From assembly GCA_045541355.1 (NCBI GenBank), contig JAZQIW010000053.1:13222-77221 (forward strand): a stretch of 64,000 nucleotides of DNA, in the 5' to 3' direction. This stretch comes from Eubacteriales bacterium. GTDB taxonomy: Bacteria > Bacillota > Clostridia > Oscillospirales > CAG-382. Made by a program: the position numbers and the translations under genes. This document shows positions 9,090-16,712 of this stretch, in pieces. The notes below the pieces were generated by a model that saw only the letters and a list, made by a program, of their open reading frames with translations, was not told the origin of the DNA and ran no database searches. Each line of letters starts with the position of its first letter. Within the stretch, counting starts at the first letter, position 1.

Positions 9090-9869
9090 GTGACTGCTTT
9101 GATTAAACTTGAAAATATATATAAGATATACGTCAACGGCGACACTACCACATATGCCTCAGACAATGTTTCAATACAGATTGAGAAAGGCGAATTTGTA
9201 GCTATCGTCGGACAATCGGGCTCGGGTAAATCAACCATTATGAATATAATCGGCTGCCTTGACGTTCCGACAGAGGGTACATATTATTTAGACGGAGTTG
9301 ACGTTAGCACCATGGATGACGACGAGCTTGCCGAAATCCGAAACAAAATGTTAGGGTTTATTTTCCAGCAATACAATCTGATTCCAAAACTCACGGTGCT
9401 TGAAAACGTAGAGCTTCCCCTGCTCTACGCCGGTCTTGACAGGGATGAAAGACGTGAGAGGGCGATGAAATCAATAGAAAGAGTCGGTCTTTCAGGCAAG
9501 GAGAAGAACTTTCCCTCGCAGCTTTCGGGCGGACAACAGCAGAGAGTATCAATAGCAAGAGCACTTGCAGGAGATCCATCCGTAATTCTTGCCGATGAGC
9601 CTACCGGTGCGCTTGATTCAAGGACCGGCAGAGAGGTCTTGCAGTTTCTTCAAAAGCTCAATTCCGAGGGTAACACCATTGTTTTGATAACGCACGACAA
9701 TTCCATTGCAAAGTCAGCAAAAAGAATAATTCGTCTGCATGACGGGAGAGTTATATATGATGGTCCGTCAGATGCGCCGGAAGCAACTGTTCAGGCGCAT
9801 ATATCCTTTGATGAAGACCCGCTTGTAAAAAAACACGGTAAAGCTTCGGAAGGAGTTGATGCAAAATGA
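9090..9869 (+). CDS. MacB/LolD-type ABC transporter ATP-binding protein
   Basis: 259 aa. Walker A GQSGSGKST, signature LSGGQQQRV, Walker B ILADEPT. The start could be GTG 9090 or in-frame TTG 9099 (RBS GAGGTGA at 9087-9093). Confidence 0.93.
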   Translation: MTALIKLENIYKIYVNGDTTTYASDNVSIQIEKGEFVAIVGQSGSGKSTIMNIIGCLDVPTEGTYYLDGVDVSTMDDDELAEIRNKMLGFIFQQYNLIPKLTVLENVELPLLYAGLDRDERRERAMKSIERVGLSGKEKNFPSQLSGGQQQRVSIARALAGDPSVILADEPTGALDSRTGREVLQFLQKLNSEGNTIVLITHDNSIAKSAKRIIRLHDGRVIYDGPSDAPEATVQAHISFDEDPLVKKHGKASEGVDAK

Positions 9870-11059
9870 GTATATGGCAATGCTTTATAATGGCTTTCAA
9901 AAGTCTTTCAACAAGCAAAATGCGCTCCTTCCTTACAATGCTCGGAATCATAATAGGTGTCGGTGCGGTTATAGTAATTATGGCTCTCGGAAACGGTATG
10001 ACAGTGTATATGAATGACAGCTTTGCTACTATGGGTACTACAAATATAAGTGTAAACATAACAGGCAGAGGCTCATCAAGAACCGTTGATGTAGATGATA
10101 TGTATGAGCTTTTTGACGAAAACAGGGATACCTTCAGCTTTATGTCTCCGACTGTTTCTGCGATGGCTCAGGCAAGAGGAGCCGATAACGAGACTTACAC
10201 GCCCAATATAACGGGTGTCAGCGAGCAATACCTTAGTATTAAGGATTATGAGCTTAAAAACGGCAGTAATATTTGCTATCTTGACATAGCTTTAAACAAA
10301 AAAGTATGCGTGGTTGGCGAATTTTACGATTATGTTGTATACGGCGGCAATGCTGTTGGAAAAGACATAAAAATCAACGGTGAAAAGTACAGAATCATTG
10401 GTGTAATAGAGGAGCAAGATGACAGGACAGATGAAAACGGCAGCGACAATTTCATTCTTCTGCCCTATTCTACTGCGGCAAGATACCTGTCAAGAACTTC
10501 AACAATTAATTCCTTCACCTTCGTTGCAAAAGACGATGAAGTTGTAACATCGGGTATTAATATAATTAAGAACCGACTGTACGAGACCTTTAACAGCGAC
10601 GACTATTATAGCGTAACAAGTCTTACTCTTATACTTGATATTATGAATGAGATGATGGACACAATGGTACTTGTCCTTGCTGCAATTGCGGGTATATCCC
10701 TTGTTGTCGGCGGTATCGGTATTATGAACATAATGCTTGTATCGGTAACGGAAAGAACAAGAGAAATCGGAATAAGAAAAGCACTCGGAGCAAAGGGCAG
10801 ACACATAAGGATGCAATTCGTCATTGAGGCGGCAACCACAAGTGCGCTCGGCGGAATTATCGGCATTGCTTTCGGAATAGCTCTGTCGAGTCTTGTTACA
10901 AAGCTTTTGCTTGCTTCCCTTGACATGACTGCAATCCCAACTCTGACATCGGTTGCAATTTCCTTTGGTATTTCAGTTGCAATCGGAGTTATATTCGGAT
11001 ATCTTCCTGCCAACAAGGCAGCAAAGCTTAACCCTATTGATGCGCTGCATCATGACTAA
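9866..11059 (+). CDS. MacB/FtsX-type ABC transporter permease
   Basis: 397 aa. N-terminal TM helix, a large extracytoplasmic domain, and a C-terminal 3-TM FtsX fold (REIGIRKALGA). ATGA overlap with the ATPase gene. Confidence 0.92.
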   Translation: MSIWQCFIMAFKSLSTSKMRSFLTMLGIIIGVGAVIVIMALGNGMTVYMNDSFATMGTTNISVNITGRGSSRTVDVDDMYELFDENRDTFSFMSPTVSAMAQARGADNETYTPNITGVSEQYLSIKDYELKNGSNICYLDIALNKKVCVVGEFYDYVVYGGNAVGKDIKINGEKYRIIGVIEEQDDRTDENGSDNFILLPYSTAARYLSRTSTINSFTFVAKDDEVVTSGINIIKNRLYETFNSDDYYSVTSLTLILDIMNEMMDTMVLVLAAIAGISLVVGGIGIMNIMLVSVTERTREIGIRKALGAKGRHIRMQFVIEAATTSALGGIIGIAFGIALSSLVTKLLLASLDMTAIPTLTSVAISFGISVAIGVIFGYLPANKAAKLNPIDALHHD

Positions 11060-11079
11060 TCTGAGCTCAGAAAGGTAAA

Positions 11080-13389
11080 ATGGAAATGAATAAAGTATTC
11101 GGTAGATTGATGTTACTGATATCATGCCTTTGTATTATGTTCACTCTTTGTGCAGGAGCTGAGAATACAGAGGACAAACTTGATGAAGAAGTAATAAATG
11201 TAATTAAACTGCTTGAAATAGCAAACGGCGACGAAAACGGCAACATGAATTTCGACAAAAATGTCACACGTGCCGAATTTGTCAAAATGGCAATCAGCGC
11301 CTCCCCGTCTAAAGACGAGGCGGCAGGCACAAAGCTTAATATTTCGCTTTTTCCCGATGTAAAAAACAATTTCTGGGGTGCCTCATACATTTATGTTGCC
11401 ATAAACAACGGCCTTGTAAACGGATATATTGACGGAACCTTCAGACCGTCAAATCCGGTAAAGCTTGAAGAGGCAGCAACCATTGTTTTAAGATTATTGG
11501 GATACACCTCTGCCGATTTTACAGGCAATTATCCCGCATCACAAATTAAAAAATATACTGATCTCGAACTTGACAAAGGCATAGAGGCTTCAGTCGGTGA
11601 TTCTCTCACAAGAAGAGACTGCATGTTGCTTTTATACAATGCTTTATCTGCCAAAACAAAGTCAGGGCAAATATACTGCAGCACCCTTGGATACGGCACC
11701 GACAGCGAGGGAAAGCTCGACTATTCGCAACTATTGGAGGATAAGCTTGAAGGACCTGTAATTTTTGAAAGCACATTGAGCTTATCTGAATATACAGGCA
11801 TGAATATTGACACATCAACACCTGTTCAGCTAAATAACAGCACCTCCTCCGTTGAAAAGCTGAAAAGCGGCGACGTTGTTTATTATTCATCAGATATTTC
11901 CACAATTTATGCATACCGCAAAACAGCAACAGGAGTAGTTGAGAGCGTAAGCTTTACTTCAGGCGTGCCGACTATTATGCTTTCAGGAAAAAACTATCAA
12001 ATAGCTACAACAACCGCAAAAAGCAAGCTGTCTCTCGGAGGAAAATACAACAGTGAAAACTCCTTCGTAACGCTTATTCTCGGTATTAACGATTCTGTCG
12101 TTGATGTTACTGACGGCGATATGAGCAAGATTGATGAGAATACCGACAATGCAACCTATACACAGGTAGTGGCAAGCACAATGAAGGGACCGTTTATTGC
12201 AGGTGCTGATGCGTCACTCGACAGATTAACCTTTGATTTGGCTAATGCTAAAATTTACTACAAAAACGCAGAAATTCTCAAGACCGAGCTTAGACCCTAC
12301 GATGTGTACTATTTTTCAGAACAGTTGAATACAATTTGGGTTTATCGTGACAAGGTGTCAGGAACAATAGAAGCTCTCACCCCCGTTACTTCTCCGACAG
12401 CCGTAACAATTGCAGGAAGAACTCTCAGCATTGAGAGCTCAAAGGCATCTTATGACCTTTCAAATTTCGGTGCTTTTCGCATTGGCGACACGGTAACCGC
12501 ACTTCTCGGCATGGATGGTAAGGTTGCGGGAATTGTGCCTCAGACGGTAGTTTCCGGCGTATATTACGGCGTAATCACAGATATTGGCAAAAAAACCTAT
12601 ACAGACGACAAGGGACTTGAATATACTTCACAGTACCTGACAGTTACCGATACTGCTGCAAACTCCTTTACTTATAGGCTCAGCAACACATATTACAACA
12701 TAGGAGATGTTGTTAAGGTATCCTTTGCCGACAACAACGTAAGGGTTTCTCTTGTAAAAACAGAAATCAAGAGAGGCTCTGCTGCAAGCGTATCACTCGC
12801 CATTAAGAACGGAAATTTTGCTGAGGACTGTGAGATAATAGATGTTAAGGGCAGCACTGTTAAAAGAATATATCCGTCAAGAATTTCAGGCATTGACATA
12901 GATGTTGATATGTTTATTTATTCCACCGTTACTCTCTACTACAACTTTGATGAAAACCATAATCTGACACACCTTATTCTTAAGGATTTCACGGGAGATC
13001 TTGATGAATACGGCGTTGTAACATCCTCATCGAACGGAAATATAACATATATGACATCGAATATAAAGCAAACCGTTTCTACTGAGGGTGCTTGCTCAGC
13101 AGGTCCGGCAACTCTTAATGTTGTTGATGGAAGAATTATCGACGCTTCACCCTTAATGGGATACATTGACAACATTGAGACAATTACAATGAATGCAGTA
13201 TATGATGAAAAAGACAGAATGTTTAAGCTTTCAGACGAAGTGAAGGTGTTTATTAAAACAGCGGACTCTTATTCATATACCACACTTGAAGATGTTATCG
13301 CAGGCGAATATGACTATAAGGCATATTACGATAAAAGCGAGGATATGGGCGGAAGAATAAGAATTATTATTGCAACAAGAGCAGTATAA
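11080..13389 (+). CDS. secreted SLH-domain cell-wall protein with repeated beta-rich modules
   Basis: 769 aa. Signal peptide MEMNKVFGRLMLLISCLCIMFTLCAGA. One canonical SLH repeat (FPDVKNNFWGASYIYVAINNGLVNGYIDGTFRPSNPVKLEEAATIVLRLLGY) flanked by two degenerate ones. Starts 20 nt after the permease stop. Confidence 0.85.
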   Translation: MEMNKVFGRLMLLISCLCIMFTLCAGAENTEDKLDEEVINVIKLLEIANGDENGNMNFDKNVTRAEFVKMAISASPSKDEAAGTKLNISLFPDVKNNFWGASYIYVAINNGLVNGYIDGTFRPSNPVKLEEAATIVLRLLGYTSADFTGNYPASQIKKYTDLELDKGIEASVGDSLTRRDCMLLLYNALSAKTKSGQIYCSTLGYGTDSEGKLDYSQLLEDKLEGPVIFESTLSLSEYTGMNIDTSTPVQLNNSTSSVEKLKSGDVVYYSSDISTIYAYRKTATGVVESVSFTSGVPTIMLSGKNYQIATTTAKSKLSLGGKYNSENSFVTLILGINDSVVDVTDGDMSKIDENTDNATYTQVVASTMKGPFIAGADASLDRLTFDLANAKIYYKNAEILKTELRPYDVYYFSEQLNTIWVYRDKVSGTIEALTPVTSPTAVTIAGRTLSIESSKASYDLSNFGAFRIGDTVTALLGMDGKVAGIVPQTVVSGVYYGVITDIGKKTYTDDKGLEYTSQYLTVTDTAANSFTYRLSNTYYNIGDVVKVSFADNNVRVSLVKTEIKRGSAASVSLAIKNGNFAEDCEIIDVKGSTVKRIYPSRISGIDIDVDMFIYSTVTLYYNFDENHNLTHLILKDFTGDLDEYGVVTSSSNGNITYMTSNIKQTVSTEGACSAGPATLNVVDGRIIDASPLMGYIDNIETITMNAVYDEKDRMFKLSDEVKVFIKTADSYSYTTLEDVIAGEYDYKAYYDKSEDMGGRIRIIIATRAV

Positions 13390-13395
13390 AACCAA

Positions 13396-13436
13396 AACCA
13401 CGCATGTTTATTCAGACTTGCGTGGTTATTGCTTTA
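13396..13436 (+). terminator. intrinsic terminator after the SLH gene
   Basis: AACCACGCA (13396-13404) pairs with TGCGTGGTT (13419-13427), followed by a T-rich tail (ATTGCTTTA). Confidence 0.6.
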
Positions 13437-13488
13437 CTTGTTAATTTATAAAGGGTAATGTAAAATATTTAAAAGAATGACAGAGTAC

Positions 13489-13517
13489 TTGAAAACATAA
13501 GAAAAGTGTGATATCAT
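13489..13517 (+). promoter_or_regulatory. sigma-A type promoter
   Basis: TTGAAA (13489-13494), 17-nt spacer, TATCAT (13512-13517) with TG at 13509-13510. Confidence 0.5.
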
Positions 13518-13534
13518 AAGTACAGGTGATATTT

Positions 13535-14065
13535 ATGTTAAACAAACCCGAAGAAATAAGAGCTCTAACAATGCTTATAATCGGCAATCTCGGAAATGAG
13601 CTTGACTGTTCTATACTTCAGCCTGCTGTTATTGCAACAGGTCTTGTTGACCTTACAGATTATTTTGACTGCATTGAAAGCTTAAACAAGGACAATCTCA
13701 TTTATATCATGAAGGTTGGCGGAAAAGAAAGGTGCGGAATTACCAACAAGGGAAAATCTATTCTTCACGAGCTTCCGGACTTTATCCCCGACGGCATTCG
13801 TGATGAGGCTTTGAGATGCGCATGGAGATACTACGAGGCACTTGTAAACGGCATAGACTACTATACCGAAATCGAAAAGTGCGACGTCGGTGCGTATCTT
13901 ACAACGGGCGTCAAGGTGAACAACAGAAAGACCTGCGAAATCAAAACGTATTTCCAGACAGAAAAAGAGGCTTATGAAGCAAAAAACAACTGTGATAAAC
14001 GCCCTCAGGCTGTTATCAACACAGTCCTTGCAGCTGTTACGGGCGATGTAAACTTTATAATGTAG
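13535..14065 (+). CDS. DUF4364-like protein (predicted PadR-like winged-helix fold)
   Basis: The ORF track starts at GTG 13526. ATG 13535 with RBS AGGTGA is preferred. Size and sequence character match the clostridial DUF4364 family as I recall it. The family assignment is unverified. Confidence 0.55.
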   Translation: MLNKPEEIRALTMLIIGNLGNELDCSILQPAVIATGLVDLTDYFDCIESLNKDNLIYIMKVGGKERCGITNKGKSILHELPDFIPDGIRDEALRCAWRYYEALVNGIDYYTEIEKCDVGAYLTTGVKVNNRKTCEIKTYFQTEKEAYEAKNNCDKRPQAVINTVLAAVTGDVNFIM

Positions 14066-14066
14066 T

Positions 14067-14639
14067 ATGGAAAAAATTAAAATTAACAAGGTCATTCTTG
14101 TTGAAGGTAAATATGATAAAATAAAGCTTTCGTCGATTATTGATGGACATATTATAACAACTGACGGATTTGCCCTTTTTAATAACGAAGAAAAACGAGC
14201 ACTTATCAGACGTCTTGCAGAAAAGAAAGGGATTATCATACTTACCGACAGCGATTCAGCCGGCTTTGTCATAAGAAACAAGCTTAAGGGGTATTTAGGC
14301 AAAGAATGCGAAATTATCAATCTTTATGCACCGCAGATAGTCGGCAAGGAAGCAAGAAAAAATAAAGCATCCAAGCAAGGACTTTTAGGCGTTGAAGGAA
14401 TTGATACCGACACCATAAAAAAGCTGTTTGAAAAAGCAGGAATTTCAGAGGATGACCACATTCAAAGCACAAGCTATTCAAAATCAGATTTGTATTCTCT
14501 TGGTTTATCCGGACATTCAGAGAGCAAAGCTTTACGCGACAAGATTTGCGAAGAAAACGGTTTGCCAAAAAGCATGAGCGCAAATGCATTTCTCGCGGCA
14601 GTTAATTTACTTGGAATTCAACTTTTCACGGAGGTATGA
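14067..14639 (+). CDS. Toprim-domain protein (DUF4093 / RNase M5-like)
   Basis: 190 aa. Toprim Glu in VILVEGKYD and a DxD in LTDSDSAGF. Adjacent to the DUF4364 gene with a 1-nt gap. Confidence 0.8.
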   Translation: MEKIKINKVILVEGKYDKIKLSSIIDGHIITTDGFALFNNEEKRALIRRLAEKKGIIILTDSDSAGFVIRNKLKGYLGKECEIINLYAPQIVGKEARKNKASKQGLLGVEGIDTDTIKKLFEKAGISEDDHIQSTSYSKSDLYSLGLSGHSESKALRDKICEENGLPKSMSANAFLAAVNLLGIQLFTEV

Positions 14640-15295
14640 AAATGTTTATTAAAAATTTGGAAAGAATTGTTTTTACCGGTGATTCCGTAACAGATATGGA
14701 CAGAGCAAGACCTGTAGGCGAAGGTCTGTTTGAAAATCTCGGAAGAAGCTATGTAAGAATTATTGAAAATCTTTTATCAGCCTACTACCCCGAGGTTTTT
14801 ATAAGAGTCACCAACACAGGCTGCTCAGGCAACACCTCAAGAGATCTCCTTGCAAGATACAGGACAGATGTACTTGACCTGAATCCCGACTATGTTTCCA
14901 TATGCATCGGCATCAATGACGTATGGAGACAGTTTGATATGCCGGCATTTCCGGAGGCAGCAGTAAATACAGAGGAATACAGAAAAAACCTTGAACAAAT
15001 GATAGTCATGACAAAGGACAAGGTTAAAAATCTGTTCATTATGTCCCCCTACTATATAGAGGAGAACTCTCAGGACCGCATGAGAGCAAAAATGAACGAA
15101 TATGTTGAAATATGCCGAGAGCTTTCACAAAAGCATGGCTGCGAATTTATAGACCTTCAGAAGATGTTTGAGGATTACTGCAAAATTAGACATTCTTCGT
15201 TTATTGCATGGGACAGAGTTCATCCCAACCAGATAGGTGCTACTCTTATCGCAAAAGAGTTTTTGAAGCACATTGATTTCGACTACAACCACTAA
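14636..15295 (+). CDS. SGNH/GDSL-family hydrolase
   Basis: 219 aa. Block I FTGDSVTD, block V DRVHPN. No signal peptide. Confidence 0.85.
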   Translation: MKMFIKNLERIVFTGDSVTDMDRARPVGEGLFENLGRSYVRIIENLLSAYYPEVFIRVTNTGCSGNTSRDLLARYRTDVLDLNPDYVSICIGINDVWRQFDMPAFPEAAVNTEEYRKNLEQMIVMTKDKVKNLFIMSPYYIEENSQDRMRAKMNEYVEICRELSQKHGCEFIDLQKMFEDYCKIRHSSFIAWDRVHPNQIGATLIAKEFLKHIDFDYNH

Positions 15296-15323
15296 AAAAA
15301 TCCACCCAAACGGGTGGATTTTC
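15294..15323. terminator. bidirectional intrinsic terminator
   Basis: A7, then ATCCACCC-AAAC-GGGTGGAT, then TTTT. Lies between convergent genes. Confidence 0.8.
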
Positions 15324-15341
15324 TGCATCACATAAGCATAT

Positions 15342-15683
15342 TTATGACAAGTGCTTGTCATAATAAATCATAAACGTCTTTTCATAGCCGTCATTCAGGT
15401 CAAAGCCTGTAACGGTAGCACCGTCAAGACTCATAAACTCCCAAATAGACATTTCATCAATTTTGAATTTAAATACACTTTCAACTCCGAAAACGAGCTC
15501 AAAGCAGTCACCGTCAACAATATTAACATGACCGTCACGGCCTACAATAAGGTCGTCGGTTTCTGTTTTAATTGCTGCATACTTTATGTGGGAATCGTTA
15601 AGCTTTTCGGCGATTACTCTTGATTGCTTTACCTCCGCGGAAGCTCCGGATAACTTGCCGAGTATCTTTTTTAAAATATTCAT
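15342..15683 (-). CDS. hypothetical small cytoplasmic protein
   Basis: 113 aa ORF with its own terminator. No motif I can name with confidence; a PH-like/YvbH-like fold is only a guess. Confidence 0.55.
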   Translation of the reverse strand: MNILKKILGKLSGASAEVKQSRVIAEKLNDSHIKYAAIKTETDDLIVGRDGHVNIVDGDCFELVFGVESVFKFKIDEMSIWEFMSLDGATVTGFDLNDGYEKTFMIYYDKHLS

Positions 15684-15701
15684 GTCAACCTCCTGTAATG
15701 T

Positions 15702-16256
15702 CTAAAGCTGCTTTGCAACCTCCAAAATTATATCAGACACCTTTTTTGAACATACTTCTATTCCGGCATCCGTCAGGTGAATATGGTCATCGCTTCTGAT
15801 ATATTTCTGTATGTCGGAAGCCATAGGTGTATATAAGTCATTGATTATAACACCCTTTTCCTCAAGTATCGGAACAATCACCTCGTTATATCTTACGACA
15901 TCAACGCTGTCATTAAACTCGGGATGTTTGTTGAGAGGCGTTGTTGTGGCAAAAATAACTTTGTCATAACGCCTCAGCAGCTCATCGGCAATTCTTGTCA
16001 TGTTGGCAACATATTCGTCAATGGGGGTAAAAAATCCGTCACCGAGACAATTACATATATCCCAGAGCCCGTTATTCCAATGAACAATTCTGCTGCCCTC
16101 CATAAAATCCTTATGGTCAGCAATTACTCTTATAGTATATTTTGAAAACCTGCAATTATCATTCGGCTGGTAAACCTCAAATGAATCACCGAGTATTTGA
16201 GGAACCACCTCACCATACTGACATCTTATCGAGTCACCCAAAAGCGTTATTTTCAT
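15702..16256 (-). CDS. SGNH/GDSL-family hydrolase
   Basis: 184 aa. LLGDSIR block I and DDHIHLT block V. Confidence 0.8.
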   Translation of the reverse strand: MKITLLGDSIRCQYGEVVPQILGDSFEVYQPNDNCRFSKYTIRVIADHKDFMEGSRIVHWNNGLWDICNCLGDGFFTPIDEYVANMTRIADELLRRYDKVIFATTTPLNKHPEFNDSVDVVRYNEVIVPILEEKGVIINDLYTPMASDIQKYIRSDDHIHLTDAGIEVCSKKVSDIILEVAKQL

Positions 16257-16414
16257 AGTTATCTATTCCTTTACACATATTTTTATATTAATTATACAGC
16301 ATATTTTTTATCATTTCAACCTATAAAGTTGATTTTTGTAGATATTTTATAAAACGGATCTAAAAAACAATAAAAAAATAGGCATATTATTTTCAAAATC
16401 TGCGCGTTTAGATA

Positions 16415-16443
16415 TTGACAAAATCTGCAATTTATTATATAAT
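16415..16443 (+). promoter_or_regulatory. consensus sigma-A promoter of the carA leader
   Basis: TTGACA (16415-16420), exactly 17 nt, TATAAT (16438-16443). Confidence 0.7.
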
Positions 16444-16508
16444 TATCATTCAGAAAGAAGAACTTTTTTTGCGTTTTCTTTTCGAGTTTTCTGAAAGGTG
16501 AAAAAACA

Positions 16509-16637
16509 ATGATGACAATGGCAAAATACACAAACCCCATAATCGAAAATATGCTTTGTGTTTCTGTTTCTGTTTCATTTTTCCCCTTTTCTTCTCTCGG
16601 AAATGACGTTGAAAAGAATTATTATTGTCTTTTTTAA
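16509..16637 (+). CDS. candidate 42-codon leader peptide of the car operon
   Basis: Below the ORF-track size cutoff. SD GAAAGGTG (16493-16500) lies 8 nt before the ATG. Peptide: MMTMAKYTNPIIENMLCVSVSVSFFPFSSLGNDVEKNYYCLF. The TAA stop (16635-16637) touches the terminator stem. Confidence 0.45.
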   Translation: MMTMAKYTNPIIENMLCVSVSVSFFPFSSLGNDVEKNYYCLF

Positions 16638-16667
16638 GGTGTTGGTGTTTCCGACACCTATTTTTTT
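16637..16667 (+). terminator. leader (attenuator) terminator upstream of carA
   Basis: 9-bp stem (16637-16645 with 16651-16659, one G-U pair), 5-nt loop, then A plus T7 (16661-16667). It lies 45 nt upstream of the carA GTG. Confidence 0.7.
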
Positions 16668-16712
16668 ACTTGTTGAAAACAAATGTTTATATATAACTTG
16701 GAGGTAAGGTAA

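Noticed and set aside
8888-9238. 116-aa minus-strand ORF rich in His/Ala/Cys/Ser
   Set aside because: It is the antisense shadow of the GGM-repeat tail of the adaptor gene and the start of the ABC ATPase gene.
16316-16540. 74-aa minus-strand ORF in the carA upstream region
   Set aside because: It overlaps the consensus promoter and leader on the other strand. It is AT-rich and low-complexity, with no RBS.
16444-16712. PyrR-binding loop, ArgR box, T-box or riboswitch in the carA leader
   Set aside because: I looked for a CCAGAGAGG-like PyrR loop and for conserved riboswitch cores by eye and found none. Absence by eye is not proof, so a covariance-model scan is needed.
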